DNA from: Scenedesmus sp. PABB004
Taxonomy: Eukaryota
Length of the DNA: 64,000 nt
NCBI GenBank assembly: GCA_014905635.1
Contig: JABVCE010000013.1
Span: 186,001 to 250,000 of the forward strand
Direction of reading: 5' to 3'
Shown here: positions 40,523 through 55,141 of the stretch, piece after piece
How positions within the stretch are numbered: the stretch's first letter is position 1
Layout of the letters: each line of letters begins with the position of its first letter
Notes under the pieces: generated by a model
Told to the model about the DNA's origin: nothing
The model's input: only the letters and a program-made list of their open reading frames with translations
The model's database searches: none
Position numbers and translations under genes: made by a program

Positions 40523-43500
40523 ATGAAGCCCCTCGCGACCGGCGCCCAGCGCCTGCTCGAGCTGTCGGCGCTCGGCGGCGCCGCGCGGGGTGCGGCAGCG
40601 GCGCCAGCGAGCGCGCCTGATCTGGGGCCCGCGCGGCGCAGCGGGCCGCCTGCCTGAGGGCCGGCCTCTCCACGCACCCCCAGTCGCGCGCGCACCTCCA
40701 GCTGCTGCACGTGCCGTCGCCGCCGCCTCCGACGCGCGACGCTGCTGCCCCTGCTGCGCCCGCGCCGCGCAGGAGGCCCCGCCGGCGGCGGCGCGCTGGC
40801 GGCCGCGCTGCGCGCGTCGGCGCCGTTCAGCGCCTCCGCGCCCGCGGCGGCAGCAGCGGGCGCCAAGCCGCCGGCGCCCCCGGGCGCCGCGGCCAGCGGC
40901 GCGGCGGCGGGCGGCAAGGCCGCCGCGCCGACGCCCGGCGCGCCGCCGACGCCCGGCGCGGGCGTCCCCGAGCCCAGCGGCGGTGTCGGCGGCGTTGCCG
41001 GCGGCGGCGGCGGCGGCGGCGCGGGGCGGCTGCTGGCCGCGGCGGCGATCGTGGCGGTGCCCGCGGGGGCGTACTACGCGTATGAGCAGCGGTCGCGCAG
41101 CGCCGAGCCCGGCGGCGCGGCCGGCGCCAACGGCCAGCAGGGCGGCGGCGGCGGCGCGCTGCTGCCCGCGCGGCTGGGCGAGGCGCTCGAGCGCGCGCGC
41201 GGCGCGGCCGCGGGCGCGCTGCCGCCGGCGCTGGGCTCGCTGCTGGGCGGGCCGCGCGGGCGCGACGCGCTGGTGGAGCAGAAGCGGCGCGACGAGGAGG
41301 GCGGGTTCACGCTGCTGCCCCCGGGCGGCGGCGGCGAGGGCGGCGCGCCGGCCGGCCACGCAGAGCCTGCAGCCGAGGCGGCGGCGGCGGGCGGCGGCGG
41401 CGGCGCGTCCGCCGCGCAGGACGCCCTGAGCGCAGCGGCCGACGAGTTCCCCGGCGCCAGCCCGGGCGGCAAGCCAGGTGCGAGCCCGCGCCACGCGGCC
41501 GGGGGCGCCGGGGCGGGCGCGGCGCGCGGGCGGCTGAGCGCGCGCGCGGCACCGCCTGCGTGCGCGCTGGCGGCAGGCGCGGCGGACGGCGGCGCGCCGC
41601 GCGTGCAGCACGTTGACATGGGGCCCATTCACGCGCTGTTCAGCGAAGTGGCAGCGACGGGTGAGCGACAGCGCACACACGCACCACGCGCACGTGCACG
41701 TGCACGTGCACGTGCACGTGCACGCACACACACATGCCGTCATGCAGCAGCGCATGGGCTGACGCGTGGCCAGGGAGCTCTCGCCCTGCGCTGCCGCTGC
41801 GGCCGCGAGCTGACGCCTGCCGCCCCTGCCCGCATGCTGCGCCCCTGCCTCCGCAGGCCTGTCGGACACGCCCCCGCCAGCCGCGGCCGGCGGCGCCGCC
41901 CCGAGGCCAGCCAGGAGCGCGCCGACCGCGTCGTGGCTGCGATGGCGGCGGTGGCGGCGGCCACGGCGCAGCCGCCCCAGCAGCCGGCACAGGCGGCGCC
42001 CAAGCCGGCGCCGGCGCCCAAGGCGGCGGCGCCCAAGTCGGCGCCGGAGCCCAAGCCCGCGCCGGCGCCCGCCGCCGGTGGCGCCAGCCCCGCCTCGGAC
42101 TCGGAGCTCGGCCGCCTCGCCGCGCAGCTGGGCCTGGGCGCGGACGTGAGCCCGTCGGGCCTCATCGCCGCCGCCAACGCGTCCGGCCTGGGGCCCTACA
42201 GCAGCAGCAGCGGCACGGCGCTGCCCGCGCAGGTGTGGGGCCTGGGGGCGCAGCACGCTGCGCTTCGCTGCGTGCCGCCGCCGCCGCCGGCCACGGGGGA
42301 GCCGCCGCCGCCGCCGCCACCGCCGCTCGCAGATGGCTCAGCTCAACCAGGCCACGGCCGACGCGCGGCTGCTGGGCGGGGTGCTGCAGCAGGTCGCTGC
42401 GCACCAGGCGGCGCTGGACGCGCAGCTCGCGGCGGCCAGGCAGGAGCGCGAGTGGGCGGAGGCCGAGGCGGCCAAGCGGGTGCGCGTCTGTCAGCCTCGG
42501 CGGCGCACTTCTGCGGCGGCAGCCGCGGCGGCGCCTCCCGGCGGCGCTGGGCGTGGCAGTGCGCGCGCCTGCTCACGCGCGCCGCCGCTGATGCCGCCGC
42601 CGCTGCAGGAGGCGTCCCTGACCGAGCACTTCAAGGAGCTGCTGCGCGAGCAGGGGCGCATCCACACCGCGGCCACCGCCGCCGCCGTGCGCGCGGCAGA
42701 GGAGGCGCTGATGGCGGGTGAGCGCGCGCGGGCGGGCGCGCGGCGGCCGCGCCGCGCAGAGCCGGCCCCCGCAGCGCGCCGCCCGGCCTGCGCGGCGCAG
42801 CCCCGCGCGACGGCGCGTGCCGGCCCCGAACCCCGACCCCGCGCCCGGCCCGCGCCCTCTCGCCGCCGCGCAGACACCGCCGCCGCGCACAACGAGGAGC
42901 GCCGGCTGCGCGTGGCCGAGATCGACGCCCTGCGCGCGCAGGTCAACGCGCTGGCGCTGGCCTTTGAGCAGCGGTGAGCCGCCGCGCCCGGCCGCGCCCG
43001 GGGGCCGGCGCACGCGCCGAGCGCCGCGCCATTCACGCCGCTGCCGGCGCGGCGCCGCTGCCCCGCGCGCGTGCGCAGCACCGCGCAGGTCAAGTCGGCG
43101 CACGAGGTCCACAAGATCAGCCTGGGCGTGCTGGCGCTCAGCCGGGCGCTGGAGGAGGGCCAGCCCATCGCGCAGCAGCTGCAGGTGTGCGCGGTCGGAG
43201 GGCTGCGCGGCGGCGCCGCGCCGCCTGCCGCCGCGCCCGGCCGCTCAGGCGTCGTCGCCGCGCCCGGCGCTCGCGCGCGTGCGCAGGACCTTGCCATCGG
43301 CTGCCCCGGCGACCCTGTGGTGGCGGCCGTGGCGTCGTCGCTGCCGCCCGGCGCCGCCGCGGCGGGGCTGCCCACGCTGCAGCAGCTGCAGCGCTCGTTT
43401 GGCGGCGTCGCGGCGGCCGCGGCGGAGGCGGCCTACTTCAAGGGCCAGGGCGAGGGCGGCGTGCTGGCGCACCTTGCCGCCAAGCTGGCCGTCAAGCTCA

Positions 43501-43855
43501 AGGCGCGCTGCCGGCGCCGGCCGGCCGCCGCGCACGGCGGCCGCGCGCAGCGTGCGCGCGCAGCGCCCGCGCCACGACCCTGCTGCGCCGCCGCGACCGC
43601 CCGCAGGTCGACGCGGGCGGCGCCGCGCCTGGCGGCGGGCCAGACGGCGCGATCTCCCGGGCGCGCGCGCTGCTTCAGCAGGGCAAGCTGCTGGCGGCCG
43701 CCGACGCGCTGGCGGAGGCGGGCGGCGGCAGCCAGGCGGCCGCGGTGGTGCAGGAGTGGGTGGACAGCGCGCGCGCGCGGGCCGTCGCCGACCAGGCGGT
43801 GCGGCTGCTCCAGGCGCACGCGGCCGCCAACGCGGCGGCGGCGGCGCGCGCGTGA
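40523..43855 (+). CDS. MIC60: MICOS subunit MIC60 (mitofilin)
   Basis: Presequence-like start, single TM segment (LLAAAIVAVPAGAYYAY) and coiled coil. C-terminal mitofilin domain GLPTLQQLQRSF...GGVLAHLAAKL...AISRARALLQQGKLLAAA...EWVDSARARAVADQAVRLLQAHA. Confidence 0.85.
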
Positions 43856-44049
43856 GGCTGGGCGGGCTGCGGGAGGCGGGCGCTGGCGGGCCGCCCCGAG
43901 GACTGAAGCGCACGTGCGCGGCTGAGCCCTGCCGCGGAGCCCTCCCGCCGACGGCGGCGCGCCAGGAGCCGCTCCTGGTGCCGCGCCGCGCAATCGCCCG
44001 ACGCCGCCCCGCCGCTCGCCGCCCGCGCAGCCAGCCCCGGCCGCGCCGC

Positions 44050-44051
<2 letters not shown>

Positions 44052-44098
<47 letters not shown>
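44052..44098 (+). repeat. (CAG)n tract between MIC60 and CFIm25
   Basis: Directly visible, about 15 units. Confidence 0.9.
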
Positions 44099-44099
<1 letters not shown>

Positions 44100-44269
44100 C
44101 CGCTCCCCGCCGCCGCCGCGGCGCCGGCGCAGCGTCCCGCCGCTGATCGCCGGCTACGCGTGCGTCTGATCTGTGCGGTCGCCCGGGAAGCGCAGCCGCC
44201 CCAGCACTCGCGGACGCGAGGGCGCAGGCCTTGCATCAGCAGCAGCCGACCGCCCGGGAGCGGGCTGCG

Positions 44270-45924
<1,655 letters not shown>

Positions 45925-45930
45925 TAGCCC

Positions 45931-48237
45931 TCAATAGTCCTCCTCGTCCAGCGGCGCGCCGCCGTCCTCCACGCCCTCGTCCTCGCCGCCGGGCTCGTAC
46001 GCCTCCAGCTCGGCCTGCCGGATGGCGCGCTCCTGCAGCTCCGCGGGCTTGTAGTCACGGTGGTGGATGCGCGCCTGCGCGCGCGCGCGCGACGCGCAGC
46101 GACGGGTTGACTCGGCCGCCCGCCTCTGCCGCGGCGCGTGGCGCGGGAGCGCCTCCCCTGCCCGCCGCGCGCGGCGGCGCCGGCGCCGCGGCGCGCGCGG
46201 ACCTTCTCCGGGCGCGGCTCGTCGCCGTCCTGGCGCGCGCGCTTGCGCAGGCGCACGTTGCCGTCGAGCTGGCAGTAGCCCACGTGGTCGTCGTGCATCA
46301 GCAGCAGCAGCGTGTCCGGCTGCTTGTTCTGCGCGATCGCGCGCGCGACCGCGCGTCGGCAGCAGCAGCGGTCGGCCCGCTGCGCCGCGGCGGCCCCGCG
46401 CGCCCTGCCGCACCCCGCCCCGCGCCCCGCAGCGCCCCGCGCCGCCGCACCTGCAGCTCAAACGCGTACTCGCAGTCCCAGCTGTAGTCGCCCTCCAGCT
46501 CCGCCACGTCGGCGCCGTCGGGCAGCGGCTCGCCCGCCGCGGCCGCCGCCGCGGCGGCGCGCGGGACGAGCAGGCCCATCGCGGGGTCGCCGCCCGCCGC
46601 GCTGGTGGGCTGGTAGGATTTGATCATGCACCGCGACACAAACGACGCGCGCGACGCGGGGTCCCGGATCTGCGCAGTCGCGCGGCGACCACGCGGCGCG
46701 GCGAGCGCGGCGCAGTGGGCGCGCAGCGGGGTGACCGCGCCGCCCGCCGCGCACGGCTCGCCGCCGCCGCGGCCGCCGGCGCGCGCCGCGCGGCGCGGCG
46801 CGGCACCTGCGCGAGCGTGGCGCTGTCCTGGCCCGGGTCGCCGGTCTCAAAGTTGAGCGTGACGTACTTGTCCTCCCAGCCGGCAAAGTCAGGGAAGATG
46901 GGCACGACGCTCACCGCGGTCAGGCCGGGCTTGGTCGGGTGCCGCGGCGCGCCCGCCGCCGCGGTGAACGTCGCCTGCGCGGCGGCGGCGGGGCGGCGGC
47001 GCGGGCGGCGGCGCGGGCGTCGCGCGGCCGCGGCCGCGGCCGCGGCCGCAGCGGCGCGCGCGCCGCCGCGCGCCGCCGGGGCGACCGCGCCGCCGCCGCC
47101 GCACCTCGATGTCTGCGAGCTGCTGCTCGCGCGTGAGCTCGGCCGGCGCGGCCGAGGCCATCGCGAAGCGCCCGCCGCGCGGCGCGGCCGAGGTGGGGTT
47201 CTCCGCCGAGCTGGTGAGGTACGTCGTGGCCATGAGCCACGTGGGGCCCTGCCCGCGCGTCGCGCGCTTGACGCGCAGCGGCGACGCCGCGCCGCCGCCG
47301 GCCGAGGGCAGGCTGTCCACGTCCGCCAGCAGCGCCTCGTCCGCGGGGTCCAGCCGCCGCCGCTGCTGCGACGGCTGCCCCGGCGCCGCGTCGGGCTGGT
47401 CGTAGCGCTCCAGGTCCAGCAGGCTGCGGCGCGGCGGGGCGGCGGCGGGGTGAGGCGGCGGCGGCGACGGGCGCGCGGCGGTGCCGCCGCGCGCGCCGCC
47501 ACTGCCGCTCCCGCCGCCGCGCGCCCGCGCGCCGCGCGCGGCGGCGCGCGCCTGATCGTCACGCCCGCGTCCGCCGGCAGCAGCAGCTCGCGGCGGGGCT
47601 GCTGCTCTATGCTCGTGACGAAGAAGCGCGACAGCCGGTCCGGCTCAAAGCGCGAGACCAGCAGCTTGGGGTCTGCCGGGATCTGCGCCGCGGCGGCGGT
47701 GCGGCGGGTGGGCGAGCGCGCGCGCGTGCCGCCCGCGCCGCGTGCCGCTCGCGCCGCGCGCGCTGCTGCTGCGGCGCGCCTCTGGCAGGTCGTTCTTGAA
47801 GCGGAGGCTGCAGATGAAGGGCGTGTCGCGCCGCAGCCGCTCCAGCTCCGCGGTGCCGTCCGCCGCGATGGCCGGCACGGCCGCGCCCGGCGGCGCCGCA
47901 GCCGCCGCCGGCGCCGCCGCCGCGCCGGGCCGGCCTTTCGACGGCGGCCGCGCGCTGCCGCTGCCGCCGGCCGGCCGCGGCCGGTGCTGGTGCGGCTGCT
48001 GCTGGCGCTGCTGCTGCTGGTGGTGGTGCTGCCGCTGATGCTGCTGCTGCCGCGCGGGGTCGGCGGCCGGGCGCTGCTGGGGCGGCGGGCCCATCCTGTG
48101 CGAGGCGGCGGCGGCGGCGACGGGCTGAGCAGGCGTGCGCCGCAGCCGCGCCCGGCTCGCGGCGCTGCGGCGCTCCCCGGGGCGCGCGCGCACCCGGGCG
48201 GCGGCGGCAGCGGCGGGGCGCCCGCCACCTGCGCCAT
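45931..48237 (-). CDS. PAF1: RNA polymerase II-associated factor 1 (PAF1/ELF7 homolog)
   Basis: FICSLRFKNDLPEIPADPKLL, PTWLMATTYLT, QQLADIEATF...HPTKPGLTAVSVVPIFPDF and GYCQLDGNVRLRKR. Confidence 0.9.
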
Positions 48238-48776
48238 GGTCGCGGGGCGCGGCAGGCCCCGCTGGGGCCCCTGTGCGCCGGGACGGCGGCGCGCTCGGTG
48301 CTGCTGCTGCTGCTGCCGTGTGCAGGCGGCGCCCCCGATCGGGCAGCGGAGGCTCGAGGGCTGCGGGAGAGCCCCTCTGGCGAGCGTCGGCGCAGGCGGG
48401 TCGCGGCGGCCGGCGCGGGCGGAGAGAGCAGGCCTCGTCGGCGGGCGCCTCGGTGCGCCTGCTCCGGTGGCACGGGCTGAGGCGTTTGAGGTCCTGGGCG
48501 CGCCGACGGCGGCCGGGCGGCCTCGACGGCGCGGGCTGAACCGCGCGAACACATGAATCTGACCGCCTGCTCGTTCTGCTCCACCCGCTCACTGCGTTCA
48601 GAAGTCGCGCGCTCCTAGTGCGTTGCGGTGCCCGGTGCAGGGCTGCCCAGCGGGCCCCGGGGGCAGCTACGCCTTCGGTTGTGTAGCAAAACGTCGGTTG
48701 CAGGCCCGCGCAGCGGGCTGCCCGCGTGACGTGCCGCCAATCCGGTTCGCCCACGGCACCCGCCGGCCGGGACGCG

Positions 48777-51700
48777 ATGCAGGAGATGATGGCGCAGCTG
48801 CAGCTGCAGCACGCGCTCGCCGGCGCCGACGAGGCGGCGGCGTACGAGCGGCCCGGGCCGCAGGACGAGGACTGGGCGGCGCCGGCGGAGGGGGACGACA
48901 ACTTCAAGGTGCGGGGCCCGGCGAGGGCGCGGCCGGCGCGGTGGCAGCGGCGGCGCGCAGCGCAGCGCGCGGCGGGGACGGCAGCGGGGGCGCGCGCTCG
49001 GCCCGCTGACTGCCACGCCGGCCGCCGGAGCGCGCGCGGCGCGGCGGCCGCGCGCGGCGCGGCGCGGCGCGGCGCGGCGCGGCGCCAAGCCGCCCACACG
49101 CCGCCGCCGCCCCGTATCACCGCCCCGCGCCGCGTCCGCCCGCGCAGGTCGTCATCCGCGTGCGGCCGCCGCTGCCGCGCGAGCTGCAGGGCTATCGGGA
49201 GTACCAGTGCACGAGCCTCGTCGACGCGCGCAGCGGGCGGCTCATCACGATCAGCGAGAACCTGCCTGCCGTGCTCAGCGGCGCGGCCAACGCGGACGGC
49301 CTGCTCTACGCAACCTACAGGCGCGGCGCGGCGGCCGGCAGCGCCCAGCGGCGCACGGCGGCACGCGGCGGCAGCGCACGGCGGCGCACGGCGGCGCACG
49401 GCGGCAGCGGGCAGCGACGCACGGTGCCTGTCCCCCTGGAGCTGCCGCGCGCGCGCGCGCACCGACCCCCGCCGCGCGCGCCGCGGCCTCCCGGGCGCAG
49501 GTTCACGTTTGACAACGTCTACGACCAGGACAGCAGCCAGCAGGCGGTCTACGACCAGTCGGCGCGCCCGCTCGTGCTCTCCACGCTGCAGGTGCGACCG
49601 TGCGACCGCGCCGGCGCGCGCGAGTCGCAACGGGCGGCTGCCGACGCGCCGCGCGCCCCGCCGCCGCCGCCGCCGCCGCGTGCACCGCACGCGCGCAGGG
49701 CTACAACGCTGCCATCATCGCGTACGGCCAGACGGGCACGGGCAAGACGTACACGATGGAGGGCGAGCTGGAGGGCCCGCTGCGCGGCATCATCCCGCGC
49801 AGGTGCGGCGCGCGGCGGGGGAGGGGAGGGGGCGAGGCAGCAGAGCAGGGGCGCGGCGCGCGCGCCGACGCGCCGACGCGCCCGCCCGCGCCCCTGCGCC
49901 TCGCCGCGCCCCCGTCGCAGCGTGGAGGACATCTTTGCGGCGATCGAGAACGACCCCGAGCCGCACGCGACCAAGTACCTCGTGCGCGCGAGCTACCTGC
50001 AGATCTACAACGAGGTGCGCGCCGCCGCACACAGCGCAGCGCAGCACGCACAGCATGCGCAGCGCACGGGGTCGCCCGCGGCGCGAGCAGCCGCCCACGG
50101 CCACGCACGGTGACGCGCGGCCACGCACGGCCGCGCATGGCCGCTCACAGCGCCGTGCTCGCGCGCGCGCACCGCGCCGCAGGTCATCAGCGACCTGCTC
50201 AAGCCGGAGAAGGTCAACCTCATGATCCGGGAGGACCGGCGGCGCGGCGTGTTTGTCGACGGCCTCAGCGAGTGGGTCGTGCGCTCGCCGGCCGAGGTGT
50301 ACGGCCTCATGATGCGCGGCGCGCAGCAGGTGCGCGCGGCGCGCGTGCGGCGCGCCGCCGGGGTCCGCGGCCGCGCCGCCCCGCCCGCGCCGCGCCGCGG
50401 CCGACGCCGCGGCCGACACCGCGCCGCGCCGCGCCGCGCCGCGCCGCGCCGGCCGCGCGCACAGCGCGCGACGGGCGCGACAAAGATGAACGAGGTGTCG
50501 AGCCGCAGCCACGCGGTGTGCATCATCATCGTCGAAAAGTGCACCACCACCGCGGCGGGCGCGGGCGGCGGCGGCGGCGGCGCGGCCGCGGCCGCGGCCG
50601 CCGCGGCGGCGGGCATGGGCATGGACGGCGTCGGCATGCTCATGGCCGCGGCGGGCGGGCCGAGCAGCCGCAAGGCCGTCGCCGCGGCGGCGGCGCTGCA
50701 GCAGCAGCTGCAGCACAGCATCAAGGCGCGCGGGGCCGCGCGGGGCGCGCGCCGCGCCTCGCTGCGCGGCCCGCCCACGCGGCCCACCCGCCCGCCCCGC
50801 GCCGCCGCCGCGCAGGTGGGCAAGCTCAACCTGGTCGACCTGGCGGGCAGCGAGCGCGTGCACATCACGGGCGCGACGGGGAAGCGGCTGGAGGAGAGCA
50901 AGAAGATCAACGCCAGCCTCAGCGCGCTCGGCAACGTCATTGCTGCGCTCACCGACCGCAAGGTGCGCGCGCGCGGGCGGGCGGGCGGGCGGGCGGGCGG
51001 GTGCGTGGGTGGGGGCGCCTCGGACGCGCCGCGCAGCCTCGGGCGCGCGCGCGCGCGCGCCCACGCGCGCCCCGTGCGCGGCGCGGCGCGCAGGAGCGCG
51101 CGCACATCCCGTACCGCGACAGCAAGCTCACGCGCATCCTCGAGGACAGCCTGGGCGGCAACTGCAAGACCACAATGATGTGCATGATCAGCCCCGCGAT
51201 GGAGGCCTTTGCGGAGAGCCTCTCCACGCTCAAGTTCGCCAACCGGTGCGTCGCGCCACGCGCGCTGGGAGGAGGAGGGGGCGTCGACTAGGCTGCGCGC
51301 GTCGACTAGGCCGCCGTTCCCGCACGCGCCCACGCGCGTCGCGCCGTCGCCCCGCCGCTGCCGCTGCCGTCGCGCAGCGCCAAGAACATCAAGAACCAGG
51401 CCGTCGTGAACGAGGACGCCGACCAGCGCACGCTGCTGCGCAAGTACGAGCGCGAGCTGCGCCGCCTGCGCGCCGAGCTCACGCGCCGCAACAAGGAGCT
51501 CGTCGACAAGCGCCACCTGCTCGAGGCACGCGCGCGCGGGGGGCCGGCGCGCTGCGCGCTGCGGCGGGGCGCTGGGCCGTGGGCGCGGCCGCGCCGACCC
51601 GAACCGACCCGACCCGACCCGCCGGCCCGCGGAGCGGCGCGCAGGTGGAGGAGCAGAAGCGGCGCGCCGAGGCGGACAAGCTCGCCGCGCTGACGGCGCT

Positions 51701-53136
51701 CGAGACGGCGAGCGCCGAGTTTATGCGTGAGAAGCAGGAGAAGAAGGAGCTGGAGGCCAAGATCGCGGCGATGCAGAGCCAGCTGCTCATCGGCGGCAAC
51801 AAGCTCGAGGACATCCCAGCGTTCCGCACGCTGCTCGCAAAGGCGCGCCGGCCCGCCCCCCGGGCGCGGCGCGCGCGCGGCGGCGCGCGGGGCGTGGGGG
51901 CGCCGGCCGTGGGGGCCTGGCGCTATGCCCGGGGCGCGTGTGCCTGACGTCGCCCGCGGCCGCCGCAGGAGCACCGCCGCATCCGCGGCGAGTACGAGGC
52001 GCGGCTGCGCGAGCTCGAGGCGGAGCGGCACCTCGTGGAGGAGGACCTCGCGCAGGTGGACAAGTACAAGCAGCTGCTGCTCAAGCAGCGCGACATCATG
52101 ATCGCACTCACCGCGCGGCTCAACGAGCGCGACGAGCAGATCATGACGCTGCAGGCGCGCGCGCGCGCGGCGCGCGGCGCAGGGCGCGCGGCACAGGGCG
52201 CGCGGCGCCGGCCGTTGCTGCGCTGGGCGCCAGCGCCTTTGCTGTCTGCGCTGAGCAGCTGCCGCCGGTGCGCAGGAGGAGCTGGAGGCGTACGACCGCC
52301 ACCAGCGCCTGCTGGAGGACGCGCTCGACTCCAAGACTGCGGAGCTCATCGCGCTGCGCCGCGCGGCGCTCGAGGCGGCGGCCGCCAACGTGCAGCAGGT
52401 GCGGCGGCGGGCGGCTGGGTGGCCTGGCTCTGCGCCGCGGGCGCGCTGGCGCGGCGGGGCCGCGCCCGAGCGCCGCGCGCTGCCGCGCAGAGCCCCGGCG
52501 GCGACGAGTCGGCGGAGCTGGTGCACCAGGTGAAGCAGCTGCAGCTGGCCAACGCGGAGCTGCAGCAGCAGCTGCAGCAGCAGGCGCGCGCGGCGCTGGC
52601 GGCGCGCACGACGGGCGGCGGCGCGGTCGCGGCGGCGGCCGCCGCCGCCAACAGCCTGGCGGTGGTGCAGCAGCTGCAGCAGCAGCAGGCGGAGGCGGAG
52701 CATGAAGCAGAGAAGCAGGGTGCGCGCGCGCGTGCGTGCCCGCCAGGCTCTGCTGGGCTGCCCCCGGGCAGGGCCCGCACGCGCCTGCACCCGCGCGGCG
52801 GCCGCTGCCGACGCTGCCGCGCGCCCGCCGTGCGCAGCCGAGGAGCTGGCGTCGATGCAGGTGCAGCTCGACTTTGCGACCAAGGAGAAGGTGGCGCTGC
52901 AGACCATCCTCGCGGGCAAGGTCCTGCCGCTCGCGGACGAGCTGTCGGCCGGGCTCGCGCACCTGCGCGCCGCCGCGAGCAGCGGCGGCGGCAGCGCCGC
53001 CAGCGGCGACAGCGGCGACGCGGAGCTGGGCGGCGCGGGCGAGCGGCTCGCCGCGCAGGTGACGATGCTGCAGCGCCTGCTCGCGGCCACGGTGGCGGCC
53101 ATGGCGCGCGCGAGCGGCACCGCCGCCGCGCGGTGA
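48777..53136 (+). CDS. N-terminal motor kinesin with coiled-coil tail (about 15 exons)
   Basis: [28 protein letters not shown] (P-loop), [19 protein letters not shown] and [23 protein letters not shown]. Subfamily not assigned. Confidence 0.96.
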
Positions 53137-53635
53137 GCGCCGGCGGCAGCGGCGGGGCGGCAGCAGTCCAGTCAGTCAGCAGCGGGGCGGCATCTCAGCA
53201 TCTGCAGCAGCGGGGGCTCGGATTGATTTGATTGCAGAACTCTCCTTTCCGCGGGAGTCGCCGGTCGGCCCGCGGTCAACGCTCGGGCGCGGGCGACGAG
53301 GCAGGGCGCCGGCGCGGGGCGTGGCCCCGACTGGCGCAGGCTGCCGGCAGCGCGCCCTCGCAGGCGCTGGGCAAGGGCGCGCGCGTGCGGCCGCCGCGAG
53401 GCGGCGCGCGGCGCCCGCGCGCGACGAGCGCCGCCGCCGCCGGGCGCACGGTAATGCGCCGCCGTGGCGCGGAGGGCCGCATCAAGCTCGGCGACGGGCA
53501 CGGCGTGCGCAGCTGGGCATTTGCGCAGTCGTGTCGCTCACACGCTGGCCGCCGAGGCAACTGGGCCCTGAGCGCGTCGGGCGGTGCGGGGGACCGCGGG
53601 AGGCCTGCGCAACTCAGTTCAACTGCCGGGTCAAC

Positions 53636-54649
53636 TCAACAGTTGAACCACGCCGCCGCCTGCTGCGCCTGCTGCACCGCCTGCTGCGCCGCCTGCAGCC
53701 ACGCAGCCGCCTGCCGCTGCGTAGACGTCTGTGCCGCCTGCTGCACGGCCTGCTGCGCCGCCTGCAGCCTGGCAGCCGCCTGCGCCGCCTGCTGCGCCAC
53801 CTGCTGCTGCTCTTGCAGAAACGCAGCGGCCTGCGCCTGCTGCTGCGCCTGCAGACACGCTGCCGCCTGCTGCGCCGCCTGCTGCGCCGCCTGCTGCTGC
53901 GCCTGCAGCCACGCAGCCGCCCGCGCGGCGTGCGGCGGCTGCTGCAGCCAGGCAGCCGCCTGCGCCGCCGCCTGCTCCGCGGCCTGCTGCGCGGCCTGCT
54001 GCTGGGGCTCTTGCTGCTGCCGCAGCGGCCGCTTAGGAGTTGGGAGGTATGTGAACCTGCCCTCCTTGCGGCGCCGCTGCCACTGGGGCTTGTACTTGTG
54101 CTTTATGCGCAGCCACCGCTCCGCCGCCGCCGCGGCGCCGTCGGCCAGCGCCCGCTGCTGCCGCCGCAGCTCAGCCAGCACGTCCGCGTGCTTGGCGTTG
54201 GCGGGGTTGCAGCCCTCCGCCGCCGCGACGACCTTGCGCGCATTCGCGACCGCCGCGTGGATGCTGCTGGGCACGTGCGGCCCGCTTGCGGGCGGCTGCA
54301 CCGCGCAAGCGCTGGTGTGCTGGCCGTGCCCGCCGGTGCCCCAGACGAGGCCGCACTTGGCGCACGCCAGGAACCGCACCGCCGTCGCCAGCTCCTTTGC
54401 GGCAGTGCGCACCAGCCGCGCGGCGGCAGCGCGCACCAGCCGCCGCGCCATGCCGCCCGCTCGCGCCGTGCCGGGCGTCGCGCCGCGCCGCACGGCGAGG
54501 AGCTCCTCGCGCCGCGCCTCAGCTCCCGGCGGCCGGAAGTGCTTCAGCGCCGCCTCCCAGCTTGGCGCGTTGTTCTTGAAGCATTCCACCACCTCAGCCG
54601 GCACGCCGGCGGCGCCGCCGTACGCGCCGCCGGCCTCGAACTTGACCAT
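53636..54649 (-). CDS. Orphan intronless protein with zinc-knuckle-like motif and Q/A-rich repeat tail
   Basis: Open frame MVKFEAGG...CAKCGLVWGTGGHGQHTSAC...KHKYKPQWQRRRKEGR, then ~7 QAAQQAAA(W/C/F/R)LQ repeats. Start codon uncertain. Confidence 0.55.
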   Translation of the reverse strand: MVKFEAGGAYGGAAGVPAEVVECFKNNAPSWEAALKHFRPPGAEARREELLAVRRGATPGTARAGGMARRLVRAAAARLVRTAAKELATAVRFLACAKCGLVWGTGGHGQHTSACAVQPPASGPHVPSSIHAAVANARKVVAAAEGCNPANAKHADVLAELRRQQRALADGAAAAAERWLRIKHKYKPQWQRRRKEGRFTYLPTPKRPLRQQQEPQQQAAQQAAEQAAAQAAAWLQQPPHAARAAAWLQAQQQAAQQAAQQAAACLQAQQQAQAAAFLQEQQQVAQQAAQAAARLQAAQQAVQQAAQTSTQRQAAAWLQAAQQAVQQAQQAAAWFNC

Positions 54650-55141
54650 GCAGCCGTGCGCGGGCAGCACGCAGCGTCGATCGGGCGGCGCTGCAGCGCG
54701 GCGCGGCGGGGCTGCTGCGCGGCGTGGCGTGGCGAGGGTGGGCGCACCACACGGTCTGCTCACTGAGGCGCGTGCGGGAGCGGCGTCCGGGCTGCCGACG
54801 GGCGCGTGGGGCTGGCCGGCGCGCGGCGCTGCCGCCGGCGTCGCGGGGGCGGCGATTGCGCAGCGCCTGGTGCGGGGCGGAGGTGCGCACGGTATGCGAT
54901 GGGCGCGGGCGTCGCGCGGCGGGCGCGCGGCGCTGTGCGTCACGCGCTGAGCACAGCGCCCGCTCGCGCGCCGTCGCCCGATGAGCCGCCGCGCCCGCGC
55001 CGACCCTCCACACGCCGCCGCAGCCCGTCCCCGTCGAGCAACCGTCGTTACCCACCAGCAGCCAGGCACGCCCGGCCCGTTGGCGGGCGAGCAGCAGCGC
55101 GGCGAGCAGCAGCGCGCCGCTGCTGAGCGGCCCGTTGCGCG

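Noticed and set aside
53172..53560. Additional small minus-strand gene downstream of the zinc-motif ORF
   Set aside because: The coding-like stretch is preceded by an in-frame stop, and no consistent exon chain could be built.
53232..54950. Very Cys-rich plus-strand ORF resembling a metallothionein or keratin-associated protein
   Set aside because: It is the antisense reading of the CAG/GCG-rich Q/A repeats of the minus-strand ORF.
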